Below, piece after piece: positions 39,625 to 52,215 of a DNA stretch of 64,000 nt. This DNA is from Chiloscyllium plagiosum (lineage: Eukaryota): positions 16,513,330 through 16,577,329 of the forward strand of contig NC_057750.1 in assembly GCF_004010195.1 (NCBI RefSeq). The letters are read 5' to 3'. The first letter of the stretch is position 1. Every line of letters begins with the position of its first letter. Under the pieces are notes generated by a model, which was given only the letters and a program-made list of their open reading frames with translations, made no database searches and was not told the origin of the DNA. Both the position numbers and the translations under genes were made by a program.

Positions 39625-40140
39625 AGGTGGATAAATCACCCAGAGCAGATGGACTACACCCTAGATTTCCAAAGGAGATAGCTGAGGAGATTGTGGAGGC
39701 ATTGGTGTTGATCTTTCAGGAGTCACTTCACTCTGAGGCTGTACCTCAGGTCCTAGTATTTCCTATGAGTGGAAACATCTTCTCCACATCCACTCAGTCA
39801 AGGCCTCTCCATATTCTGTAAGTTTGAATGAGATCATCCCTCATTCTTCTCAAATTCATCGAGTACAGACCCAGAATCCTCAACCCCTCCTCATGTGACA
39901 AGCCCTTCAACCCTGGGATCATTCTTGTCACCTTCCTATGGATCTCCTCCAACACCAGCACATCCTTCCTTATATATGGGGTCTGCTCACAATATTCCAA
40001 ATGAGTTCTGACCAGAACTTTATACAACCTCAGCAGTACATCTCTGCACTTGTAACCCAGCCCTCTCAAAATGAATGCTAACACTGCATTTGCCTTCCTA
40101 ACTACTAAGTGAACCTGCATGTTAACTTTAAGAGATCTCT
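39625..40140 (-). mobile_element. CR1 fragments (39625-39725 on +, remainder on -)
   Basis: DKSPRADGLHPR; RKANAVLAFI..LYKVLVRTHLEYC. Confidence 0.8.
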
Positions 40141-40726
40141 GAACTATAACTTTTAAAGTATTTGAGGGATCAATTATGTCTGTTATATAATATATCCTTC
40201 ATTAACATATTTACATAAAGCATCAGATTACATGGTCATTGTGGGATTTCACTGTGTGCAAATTGGTTTCACTATAACTGATTACTTTTCAGTGGCTGTA
40301 AAATGTTGTGTTCTTATCAAAAGTGCCATGTAAATACAGTTCTTTGTTTTCTCAATTGTGTCAATTAAACATATGCCTGTAAATTGGAAAGGTTTGATTG
40401 GCCCTGTTATGCATTGTAACGTTTATGCCCCCATTCCAATATGAATGGCTCAGTGTTGAATCATTGAATCGGCTCATGGGTGGGGCATGGGTACTTGGAA
40501 AGGGTTGTGGAACCTGTCCACCAGACCCAACCACCCAACCCTAGGCTAGCCTTGCAGCAAGGTGCACTGAGAATTTCCAGAACATTCCGTACGGGAGTCA
40601 GCTGGTTAAAGTGTCTGTGGCGGCTGTTTTGTTGTCTCAATGCTGGCAGGTGGCTGCTTAATCAAGATGTGGGTCGTGTTTAATTTAATTAGGATCGCCA
40701 GTTCCGAGGGAGGCTGCGTGTTTAGA

Positions 40727-40871
40727 GAGAAGGCTGTTTAATCAGAATGCGGATAAGGACATGCTTTGTAGTTAGATCAATTATCAGTGGTCTCCGCCCA
40801 TTCATTTACATTAGCTCTGTGCCAATGTTCAGCCGCAGAAATAGGCACAGATACTTAACTCCTTCACGGCC
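40727..40871 (+). repeat. Left arm of long-range inverted repeat
   Basis: Reverse complement aligns to 43315-43461; 24/24 match between 40794-40817 and 43372-43395. Confidence 0.9.
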
Positions 40872-41222
40872 AGGGTACAGTTTCTAGCTCCAGGTTTATT
40901 TACATACCTCACTTAAAGGCATTGATTTGAGTGTGTTGATGTTGGAGCAATCTGGCTTTACACCCTTGAAACAAACTGATATTTCCTTGTGTGCACATCT
41001 GGACAATGAACGTCAATAGTCTTTTTGATCAATGTGAGGACACCCCTTTCCCTTTCCATTTCTGAAAATGGCTCCAATTCGATAACCCACTAAATATTCT
41101 GCTGTCCTTACCCTAAATCTCACCAAAGCCCATTCACACATAGCTTCCTCATGCTCACTGACCTACCCTAGTCCAACAATGCTTCAAAATGAAATTCAAA
41201 GTCCTCTCCATGGCCTGTCTCA

Positions 41223-41550
41223 GGGCAGCAGGGTGGTTCAGCAGTTAGCACTGCTGCCTCACAGCGGCAGGGCCCCAGGTTCGATTCTAGCCTTCCGTGA
41301 ATTTGTACATTCTCCATGGTTACTGTCGGGTGCTCTGGTTTCTGCTCAATGTCCAAAGATGTGCAGGTTAGGTGCTTTGGCCATGCTAATTACCCATAGT
41401 GTTCGGGGATGTGCAGACTAGGTGGATTAGCCATGGGAAATGTGGGGAATAAGTCAGTGGCATGGGTCTGGGTGGGATGCTCTTCGGAGAGTTGGTGCAG
41501 ACTCAATAAACTGAATGGCCTCTGTCTACACTGTCGGGATTCTATGAGTC
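41223..41550 (+). mobile_element. HE1-like V-SINE
   Basis: TTAGCACTGCTGCCTCACAGCG..GGTTCGATTC head, V-domain and tail. Confidence 0.85.
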
Positions 41551-41796
41551 TATCTCTGTAACATTGTCTAGCCAAGCTTTCCAGAGGAATCCTCTATTCT
41601 GACTGATTTCTATTGCTCTGTTTTTGGTGGCCACGCCTTCAGTTGCTCTGAAAAGCGCTTCCCAAACCCTTCTACCTCTCATTTGGAATGGATGCTCCTT
41701 TAAACTCTACATCTTTGGCCAAGCTTTCAGCTTGCTGATATTTCAAAGTCAGCTTGACTGATGAAACTGGCCTGAGCAGTTTCACTCCCCATACAG

Positions 41797-41847
41797 ACAC
41801 AAAGTGTAGTTGTTCACAGCTCCTGGAAGTGGGATCTCGCAGTGGGA
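41797..41847 (+). other. Candidate 51-nt cassette exon of an unidentified host gene
   Basis: Acceptor TTTCACTCCCCATACAG|, donor GGA|GTAAGT, length divisible by 3, two stop-free frames, TGCATG at 41857-41862. Confidence 0.5.
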
Positions 41848-42392
41848 GTAAGTTGTTGCATGTAGTTAACAGTGATTCCGTGTTAACTGTTGTGCGTTCT
41901 CCGAATAGCCAAGTGAGAGCTGTAACCCTGGCTGCTTGCTTAAAGATATGGTGATACCTTCACCCTTTGCCATGACTGACACATCTCAACTTCACTAAGT
42001 AATAAACAATTAGATTATGTGGAAATCATTTGACCCCTTGTGTCTCTACAACAAAAACACACAAAAATTAGGAGCAGAAGTAAGTTATTCAGCCCCTGAA
42101 GAATGGTTCACCATTTAAAAAGATCTGATCTGTTCCAACTCCATATTCCCATTTCTCCCAATTTCCTTTTATTCTTTGCAAAACGTGACTGTCTACCTTT
42201 GCCTTCAAAATATTCATGACTCTGCTTCCACTGCTTTCTGAAGCATAGAGTTCCAAAGTCGGACAACACTCAGAAAAAAGATTTTCCATCATTTCTTCTC
42301 TTATCTGAAATGGTGAACCTCGGGGAAAGTCTGGCCTATGTCTATGTTGTTTTGTATTTACAAGTGACTCCACTGGGCTGTAGCGAATGTGG

Positions 42393-42660
42393 TGCTGAAA
42401 ATGTGTTGCTGGAAAAGCGCAGCAGGTCAGGCAGTATCCAAGGAACAGGAGAATCGATGTTTCGGGCATAAGCCCTTCTTCAGGAATGAGGAAAGTATGT
42501 CCAGCAGGCTAAGATAAAAGGTAGGGAGGAGGGACTTGGGGGAGGGGCGTTGGAATTGCGATAGGTGGAGGGAGGTCAAGGTGAGGGTGATAGGCCGGAG
42601 TGGGATGGGTGCGGAGAGGTCAGGAAGAAGATTGCAGGTTAGGAAGGCGGTGCTGAGTTC
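42393..42660 (-). mobile_element. PLE family A pseudo-LTR
   Basis: Perfect 16-bp TSD GCTGTAGCGAATGTGG at 42377-42392 and 42661-42676. Confidence 0.9.
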
Positions 42661-42739
42661 GCTGTAGCGAATGTGGCCAACTTTCTTGATATTGTTTGTT
42701 TAGGCTTTAAATGGACCCTGCACTGGACTAAAGCATTGC

Positions 42740-43128
42740 ATTAATGTAGCATCTTGCGTGACCTTAGGACATTGTGATGCACTCTACAGCCAATGTGGCA
42801 CTTTGAAGTGCGGTGCATGTTGCAATTATAGGGAATGCAGGGGCTTATTTGCACACATCAAGTTGCCACAAACACTGACGAGATGGTCTATTAGATGATA
42901 TATGATGTGGATTGGGAAATGAATTTTGGTCCAGGTCGCCAGAGAGAACTCCCCTACTCAAAATAGTGGAATTAGATCTTTTATGCCCCACTGAGAGGCA
43001 GACAGGGTTTGGAGTCTCATGTGAAAGAGTTGTCTAACAGTGCAGCAGTCCCTTGGGAATATGGATCTGGATTATGGTTCCAAGACCCTGGACTGGAGCT
43101 GAACTGACAACCTCTTGATTCAGAGGGG
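42740..43128 (-). mobile_element. Deu-domain SINE
   Basis: GAGAACTCCCCTACTC..AATAGTG..AGATCTTTTA..ACAGTGCAGCAGTCCCT is the reverse complement of the Deu core; related copies at 29400-30295 and 58480-58680. Confidence 0.6.
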
Positions 43129-43129
43129 G

Positions 43130-43225
43130 GATTCTGGATTAAAGTGGTGCTGGAAAAGCACAGCAGTTCAGGCAGCATCCGAGGAGCAGGAAAATCAACG
43201 TTTCGGGCAAAAGCCCTTCATCAGG
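43130..43225 (-). mobile_element. PLE family A end
   Basis: GTGGTGCTGGAAAAGCACAGCAG..CGTTTCGGGCAAAAGCCCTTCATCAGG. Confidence 0.85.
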
Positions 43226-43314
43226 CGGCAAAAGCGATACTTACTACTGACACCTTAATGCTGGTACTCAGCAAGTGGAACAAGTGAGAGATGAAGAGGT
43301 TTGATTGTGGTTCA

Positions 43315-43461
43315 GGCATTGAAGCAGTTAAGTGCGTGGTTCTGTGGTACAGATCATATTGGCAGACAGAGGAGCTAATGTAAATGAATGGGCGGGCTTA
43401 ACAGATAATTAATCTAACTACAATGCCTGTCTTTATCCTCACTTTGATTAGACAGCTTCTC
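43315..43461 (-). repeat. Right arm of long-range inverted repeat
   Basis: Reverse complement of 40727-40871. Confidence 0.9.
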
Positions 43462-44781
43462 CTCAGCCAGGCCTTTTAAAACAAAATGTTTTTTTTAATA
43501 TATTTTCCCAGAATTGAGTAAATAGTTCCCGTTCTCGGATTAAGCAGCCATCTGCTGACATGGTCAGAAGCATTGGCAAAAACTGACAGAAATCCAGGCC
43601 TGCTCTGGATTTAACAGTGTTGTGCTGACCTGAACCTCCCTCACATCGAAAGTCAATCACTTCAAAATCTCATTTTGTTCTTTTTTGTGGAAACAGCATT
43701 TCGATTTCCTTTTACCCATCTCTAGAATCTGACATAGAGTGAGAATCACAGAACTCTACATCACGGAAACAGGCCCTTTGGCCCACCATGTCCATGGCGA
43801 TCAGAAAAACCCATCTAACTATTCTAATTCTATTTTCCAATGCGGGTGGAACCTATTCAGTCCGTTGAAGCTGTGCCAGTTCATTGAAATTATTGCCAAT
43901 TAGTCCTGCTCCCTTGCTCTTTCCTTTTATCCTGTCATTTTCTCACCTTTATATTCTCCTTTTGAAAGTCACTATTGACTCCATGTGCACTCTCTTTTAG
44001 ACAGTGCCTACCAAATCGTAACAGCTAACTGTGTAAGATTTCTTCTCATCGCATCTCCTGTTGCCCATTCTTTTACATCTCTGTTCTCTGATTACGAACC
44101 TTTATGTCACTGGAAACAGTTTTTCTTTATCTCTTGCACAATGCTGATCATCTGTATTAGTTCTCCCAATAGCCTTCTCTTCTCTAAAGAGAATAATCCC
44201 CTGTTTCTCCAGTCTCATAGGAACTTTGGAATTCGGAGCTGGAGTAAACCTTGCTGATCGCCCTTTCTCACTGGTTTCATTTATTTTAGGAAATTAAGCT
44301 GATAAGAGAAAAAAAATTTGCGGTACAGACAGAATTTGCATACTGCAGAAAACTGTGGTGAAGTGTCCAAGAAAGGAAGATTGAATTGCCCAGACTCTAC
44401 TGCTGAGAAAAACCAGGAAACAGGTATTTTCCATTTTTGTCATTTTCCTTGAACAACTGAGTTGACTAATTAAATGCGATTGATCATTAATTAGTAGTAA
44501 TAAAACTAGTAATTGGAAAAAAATGTATGTTTGACTGGGAGGGAAGTCTTGAACCTTTGAGGAAATCATCCAATCAGAGCTGGTGACCCGAGGCTTTGGA
44601 TACTAGCAAATGGTTAATGAATACAGAATGTTTTGAATGAAAGTTATTTCATTCCCAGTTAATTAGGAAATTTGTAGCCCTTTCCATCTTATTGTTTCAA
44701 CGTTGCTTCAGTTTTCCTTTGGTTGCTTGCGTCCAGATCTCGATTTGGAGGTAAGTGACCATCTCCACAATCCTATCTGAT

Positions 44782-45100
44782 TCGGTGGCTCAGTGGTTAG
44801 CATTGCTGTCTTCACAGCGTCAGGGACCCGGGTTCAATTCCAGCCCCAGGCAACTGTCTGTGTGGAGTTTACACATTCTCCCCATGTCTGCATGTTCTTC
44901 CTTCGGGTGCTCCAGTTTCCTCCCACAGTCCAGAAATGTGCAAGTTAGGTGGACTGGCCATGCTAAGTTGCCTATAGTATCCAGAGATGTGCAGGTTAGG
45001 TCGATTAGCCATGGGAGATGCAAGGTTGCAAGGATTGGGAATGCTCTTTGGACTTATTGGGCCAAGTGGCCTGTTCCTACACTGTAGGGATTGTATGATT
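44782..45100 (+). mobile_element. HE1-like V-SINE
   Basis: GGTGGCTCAGTGGTTAGC..GGGTTCAATTCC, V-domain and tail. Confidence 0.88.
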
Positions 45101-45411
45101 CTCCTGCTGAGGAGCAGTGTAGGAACATGAGCAAGTCTAACATAATTCCCTTTCACGAATATATTTCAATGTATAAACTGCTTATTGTTGCTGTGTCACC
45201 TGCATGCCAATTCAGTGGAAGCAAGTCACTCTTAATTCTGAGGAACTGCCAAAGAAAAGGTGCAGGAAGGGAACATTATGGTTTACAATGGTTAGATGGG
45301 ATTTAAAGGTCCCAGAAATTTCTAAAAGGAAGATTAGCAAGATGTTGAACAGCTTTCTTGAGCCACCACATTGGTTGAAGGGTGGAAGGGTCTATCATGA
45401 GGATGTGTTGT

Positions 45412-46770
45412 AGAATATAGAAAAGTACAGCACAGAACAGGCCCTTCGGTGCACAATGTTGTGTCGTGGATTATTCCTAATCTAAAATAAAATAACCTAT
45501 GCACCCCTCAATTCACTGCTGTCCGTGTGCATGCCCAGCATCGATTAAATGTCCCTAATGACTCTGCTTCCACTGGCAACGCATTCCATGCATTCACAAC
45601 TCTCTGTGTAAAGAACCTACCTCTGATGTCTCCTCTATACCTTCCTCCTAATATCTTAAAACTATGACCCCTCATGCCAGTCAATCCTGCCCTGGGGAAA
45701 CGTCTCTTGCTATCTGCCCCATCTCCTGCGGCTCCACACAAAGGCCACCTTGCTGGTCTTTGAGGGAGCCTATTCTCTCCCTAGTTACCCTTTTGTCCTT
45801 AATGTATTTGTAAAAACCCTTTGGATTCTCCTTAACTCTGTTTGCCAAAGCTATGTCATGTCCCCTTTTTTGCCCTCCTGATTTCTCTCTTAAGTATACT
45901 CCCACTGTCTCTATACTCTTCTAAGGATTCACTCGATCTATCCTGTCTATACCTGACTTATGCTTCCTCTTTTTCTTAACCAAACCCTCAATTTCTTTCG
46001 TCATCCAGCATTCCCTATACCTACCAGCCTTTCCTTTCACCCTGACAGGAATATACTTTCTCTGGACTCTTGTTATCTAATTTCTGAAGGCTTCCCATCT
46101 TCCAGCCGTCTCTTTACCTGCAAACATCTGTGCCCAATCAGCTTTTGAAAGTTCTTGCCTAATACCGTCAAAATTGGCCTTTCTCCAATTTAGAAGTTCA
46201 GCTTTTCGATCTGGTCTTTTTTTTCCATCACTATTTTAAAACGAATAGAATTATGGTCACTGGCCCCAAAGTGCTCCCCCACTAACACCTCAGTCACCTG
46301 CCCTGCCTATTTCCGAAGAGTAGGTCAAGTTTTGCACCTTCTCTAGTAGGTATATCCACATACTGAATCAGAAAATTTTCTTATACACACTTAACAAATC
46401 TAAACCCTTAACATCTAAATCCATCTAAACCCTTAACACTATATCAGTCCCAGTCTATGTTTGGAAATCATGTTTAAAATCCCCTACCATAACCACCCTA
46501 TTATTCTTACAGATAGCTGTGATCTCCTTACAAATTTGTTTCTCAATTTCCCTCTGACTATTAGGAGATCTATAATACAATCCCAATAAGGTGATCATTC
46601 CTTTCTTATTTCTCTGTTCCACCCAAATAACTTCCCTGGATGTATTTCAAAAACGCCAACCCCCTCCTCTCTTGCCTCCCTTTCTGTTCTTCCTGTAGCA
46701 TTTGTATCCTGGAACATTCAGCTGCCAGTCCTGTCCATCCCTGAGCCACATTTCTGTAATTGCTATGATT
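45412..46770 (-). mobile_element. CR1 LINE with large internal deletion (endonuclease/linker joined to 3' end)
   Basis: RVKENPKGFYKYIKDKRVTRERIG lies next to MRGHSFK..FFTQRVVNAWN; RT core absent. Confidence 0.8.
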
Positions 46771-47713
46771 TATGATTGTTGAAAAACCCCATCTCGTTCA
46801 CTAATGTCCTTTAGGAAAGGAAACAGCCATTCTTACCTGGCCTACATGTGACTCCAGATCCACAGCAACATGACTCTTAAACTGCTCTCTGGGTAATTAG
46901 GGATGGTTAGTAGTGCTGGTATATCAAGTGATGCCTACACCCCATGAATAAAAATAAAAATATAGACGGAATGCTACACCGTTAGTCAGAGTTGACTTGA
47001 TGTCATACCACAGGTAGACATGAAAGATTCACTGGCATTATTTTGACAAAGAACTTGGGAAGTTCTCCCCAAGTTATCGATTATTCCAGAGGGCTGTGGA
47101 AGATGAGTTATTGAACATGTTCAAGGCAGAGTTTAATAGATTCCTAGTTACTAATGAAATCATGTGATATGGGGATAGTGTGAGAAAGTGGAGATGGAGC
47201 AGATGGTCAGTGACGAATGGTGGACAAGGCTCGAGGCTTATTCTTGCTTGTATGTTCCTAACAGCTATCAAAGAAACACAGATTCTGCGGACACTACAAT
47301 ATTGTGGTCTGTGGGATCTTGCTTTTCAAAAATACTTCATTCTTCAGTTCCAAGGAAGAATCATATTAGACCTGCAATGTTAATTTTGTTTCTCTCCCCA
47401 TAGTTGCTGCCAGATCTGCTGAGTTTCTCCAATATTTTACATTTTGTTTCAGAACTCCATACTTGCAGCATTTTGCTATTGAGCACTCTTCCATGCAAGT
47501 TGTAGTTTGGAATTAAGGATAGTGATGACAGAGCCTCCAATGATTTGCCCTCTTGTGACTGACCAGGAATCCCTCCCACTTCTAATGCCTACAATTTGCA
47601 GGTGTTTGAAGGATTTATAGGTTGATACCTGACCTTTTTGGCTATGTTATGAACCACCTTCCTTGGCCATCCATCCTGGGGTGGGTTGTGAACCTGGACC
47701 CTGGAGCTCATAG

Positions 47714-47853
47714 GAGAAAGTGAGGACTGCAGATGATGGAGATCAGAGTCAAGAGTGTGGTGCTGGAAATGTACAGCAGGTCAGACAGCATCCAAGGAGC
47801 AGGAGAATCGACGTTTTGGGCATAAGCCTTTCATCAGGAAAATAGCCTTTCAT
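47714..47853 (-). mobile_element. PLE family A end
   Basis: TSD CTGGAGCTCATAG at 47701-47713 and 47854-47866. Confidence 0.88.
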
Positions 47854-48157
47854 CTGGAGCTCATAGACAGGGATGATTCTCCACAGAACCACAAGAACCC
47901 CTAGCTATATTCCTTACATTACAAATATTGAAAACAATAGACACCAGTTAGCTCAGTTGGGTGGACAGTTGGTTTGCAGTGCAGAGTGATGCCAATAGCA
48001 TGGGTTAAATTACTGCATCGAATGAGGTTACCATAAAGGACTCTCCTTGGCATCCTCTCCCCTTGCCTGAGACATGGTGACTCTCAGGCTAAACCACGAC
48101 CTGTCTTCCTTCTGTCTCTCTTGTGAAATATTGTGTTATAGGTTATCTTTATTAACT

Positions 48158-49046
48158 AGGAGAAAGTGAGGTCTGCAGATGCTGGAGATCAGAGCTGAAA
48201 ATGTGTTGCTGGAAAAGCGCAGCAGGTCAGGCAGCATCCAAGGGACCCCACCACCAGAGATATATTTCCCTCCCCTCCATTATCAGCGTTCCGAAAAGAC
48301 CACTCCCTCCGTGACTCCCTCGTCAGGTCCACACCCCCCACCAACCCAACCTCCACTCCCGGCACCTTCCCCTGCAACCGCAAGAAATGCAAAACTTGCA
48401 CCCACATCTCCCCCCTTACTTCCCTCCAAGGCCCCAAGGGATACTTCCATATCCGCCACAAATTCACCTGCACCTCCACACACATCATTTACTACACCTG
48501 ATGTGGCCTCCTCTATATTGGGGAGACAGGCCGCCTACTTGCGGAACGTTTCAGAGAACACCTCTGGGACACCCGGACCAACCGACCAACCACCCCGTGG
48601 CTCAACACTTCAACTCCCCCTCCCACTTCACCGAGGACCTGCAGGTCCTTGGACTCCTCCATCGCCAGACCATAGCAACACAACGGCTGAAGGAAGAGCG
48701 CCTCATCTTCCGCCTAGGAACCCTCCAACCACAAGGGATGAACTCAGATTTCTACAGTTTCCTCATTTCCCCTCCCCCCACCTTGTCTCAGTCCCAACCC
48801 TCAAACTCAGCACCACCTTCCTAACCTGCAATCTTCTTCCTGACCTCTCGGCCCCCACCCCCAATCCGGCCTATCACCCTCACCTTAACCTCCTTCCACC
48901 TATCGCATTTCCAATGCCCTCCCCCAAGTCCCTCCTCCCTACCTTTTATCTTAGCCTGCTGGACACACTTTCCTCATTCCTGAAGAAGGGCTTATGCCCG
49001 AAACGTCGATTCTCCTGTTCCTTGGATGCTGCCTGACCTGCTGCGC
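48158..49046 (+). mobile_element. PLE family A, 5'-truncated with inverted end; GIY-YIG remnant and pseudo-LTR with hammerhead (48980-49007)
   Basis: CGLLYIGETGRLLAERFREH..LIFRLGTLQPQGMN; inverted pLTR piece 48158-48243; TSD TTATCTTTATTAACT at 48143-48157 and 49047-49061. Confidence 0.92.
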
Positions 49047-51491
49047 TTATCTTTATTAACTCACTCACCAGCTCGCTATATTTTACTGCATTTTCACACC
49101 TTATCAGTCCTGCTACAAGTAGTGTTTACCTTTAAGTAAGTGTAACATACAGAACAATACCATCCCCATCAAGTCTCCATGAAGCATTTTAATATTAATT
49201 AACCCTTGCCAACCATCTCCTGAATAGATTCCCCAATTAGTATGTACCTGTTAAATACTTTTTAACTGGGCCATTATCCCTTTAGGAAACTAACTGACAA
49301 ACAGCACTTCCTTGAAACTGCATGAATGAATGAAACTCATACCGGCAAAAAGTAAATACATCTCACAACCCAGCTGCAATAATTAGTTTAATATCCTTTA
49401 TTCTTTTATTAAGTATAGGTACAATTTTTAACTTATTCAGAGCATATGGGTCTAACATTTTTACTAATGTTTACTAACTTAAAAGACAAAAGGATTAACA
49501 CCTCCTAATTATGGAAGTAGACTGGACAGCAATCCCATCAGACGTAACAGCCAGCACTTAGCACATGTTTTAATGCATCTCCCGTCTCCCAAAATAGAGG
49601 CCCTTCAAGCCTTTGTGTACTAGAGATAAAAAATATAACACCATAGTAATGGAATTTTAATATATGTAAGAACTGTGTATAAAGGGCCTGTGGTAAGAAC
49701 AGTATTTTGGGATTCTATTGCCACCTTGAATTTGTGATATGTTTGCTGAATGAAAGAGGCTATTTTCACTACTCACTGATTTCGGTCATCACTTGAGCAC
49801 GATCCCACACTTATTAGAGGGGAGACGTATGTTCTATAGCGACTTTACCTTTTGTACTTTGAAAGTACTTTATTGTTTGGCAGATACTTTGGTAAAGCCT
49901 GAGGTTGTTAAAGGTGCTATACAAATGCAACTATTTGCATACATTGATCACTTCTGTCATAGTTAGTTTCTTGGATGCAGTACGAAAGGGTGCCCTGGAC
50001 CTGCAGATATGCCTCACTCAGAGCCACCCCCTCAGAAAGGAAATTTCTCTCAGCTTCCCACCCAGCTCTGTCCCAATTTATTTGAAATTCAAAGCTGTGG
50101 TGCTAAAGTTGATAAATGGATCATTAGTTTTGGATTTGACAGACTCTCTGATACCAACTGATTGACACAGTGGCTTTTCTTACAAATAGCATTGCAGTCA
50201 TTGCACACACAAGACCTGATAAAAAGGGGGCTCAAGTTTCTTGCTCGAAAGGCCAAGTGTCCGAGTCCCTAAACAAACCGCTCTGTAAATAAACTTTACA
50301 AAATGGTTTGTGTTGTCGGCAGCCTTGAGTTGAGAGCTACTGAAAAGCATTGGGGACCCTTTGAAGTGGCAGATCCTCAAAGGACTGTTTGGACAAGGCC
50401 CATTCCTCCCTGATGCATATCTGAGATCTTTCCTATCGTCTTCAAAGTGGTTCCTTAATTAAACCTTCCTCTAAAAACAGCGACGAAAACAAAAACAGTT
50501 AAAACTAACGGTTTAGTGGCACGTCATAGGGACTCTGATGCTGCCCACGAGAGAGAATATTTTCATGTAAAGCTTTTTTTTCTGGAATTCCCATTACATC
50601 TCAGGCCCTGTGTATTTCCCAAGGAAAGGTAACATCTCCCACTGTGACATTTCAAGCAACTTGTTCTGTTCACTACTCCCAACTCCACACCTATTCCACA
50701 TTCACTCCTCCAGTCTCCCAGTTTAAAGAGAAAAAATGATGCAGTAATGTCAAAGAAGATGGTTGTTAGAGGTCAGTCATCTCAGGTGCAGGGCATTTCT
50801 GCGGAGTTCCTCAGGCGAGTGTCCTTGGCCCCACTGTTTTCAGCTGCTTCATCAATTACTTTCTCTCTATAGTAAGATTAGAAATGGGAATGTTCACTGA
50901 TGATTGCACAATGTTCAGCAAAATTTGCATCGGATACTAAAATGATCCAAGCCACTACCTTGTGGAACTTCAGAAGTGATTTCCTGAGACTGAGATGATT
51001 GATATCCAACCATTACAACCTTTGTACCAGGTATCATTCCAACTGGGGAGAGATTTCCCCCGATTCCCATTGAATCTCTGACTCTAGTTTTCGTGGGGCT
51101 CCTTGATGTCATAGAATCATTAGGCCTATCATGTTTGCATCATTCTCCAAATAAGCAATTCATGCAGTCCATGTGCTGGAGTGGTTCAGATGAAGTAAAG
51201 GACTGTGAATTGCTGAGTACCTAAAGTAACACTTGTTCAAAGTACTTTAAACACAGATATTCATCTTTCTACAATTACTTAATCTCTCATATGCAAACAT
51301 TCATATTTATATGTTGAATGCTACTGTGCTGCCTTGTTCTTATTTTGTTTGGGGGTCATATTAATTTTTAAGTGTTAAAATAGAGACAGGAGGTCTTGTA
51401 ATGTGTAATCCCAGAAGCTCAAGGCTCAGGTCCCACTCCAGAACTTGATAGCCAAGGAAGATTCATAATGTGGCTGAACAGGTTCAGAATC

Positions 51492-51614
51492 GAGAGTGTG
51501 GTGCTGGAAAAGCACAGCAGGTCAGGCAACATCCGAGGAGCAGGAGAATCGATGTTTCGGGCTAAGCCCATCATCAGGCTTATGATCTCCAGAACCTGCA
51601 GTCTTCACTTTCTC
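51492..51614 (-). mobile_element. PLE family A end with inverted terminal piece
   Basis: 18-bp TSD CTGAACAGGTTCAGAATC at 51474-51491 and 51615-51632. Confidence 0.88.
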
Positions 51615-52215
51615 CTGAACAGGTTCAGAATCAATCCTTCCAACATACATGAATGGCAGGTGGTAGGAATGGGAGAGACTCATAGTCAGCCATGGGATGG
51701 AGAGAACATTGGAGTCTCTATCACCAGTATCCACACCACACTGCAACATGCTACATTCATGTAACACTAATGTTGCCACAGCAACGCTGCCTCCATGGGT
51801 TAGGGGTGTGAAGAGGAGGTGTGCGCGCATGCACACATGCTCCAGTTTGGATCACACCAATACCAACAACATCCCAGCTGGGGTGGATTCGAGACCTCCT
51901 TCCTTGCCCTACCCATGGTGGAGGTCACGGTAATGTGGGTCAGATTAACCTTTGGGCAGAGACAGACAGAATTGAAGTTGAAAAACACACATTGAAAATC
52001 TGTTTTAAAGAGAGCATGGGGCAAGGGGAATTTGTACTGCAGCGCGTTAACAAAGAGCTGGAGGGCTTCCTTCTCTGCTGCTAACTATGGCTGTTGGGGA
52101 GTTGTGATTGCAACACAATTTTGAGTGAGGTGTAGATTAATTTATTGGCAGCTGAATGAAACCACTGTAAACTGTGTGGGCCTTAGGAGGCATTGGGGAA
52201 GGGACAGCTTTGTGA

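Noticed and set aside
48179..49036. 285-aa proline-rich ORF
   Set aside because: Off-frame reading of a PLE that crosses its inversion junction.
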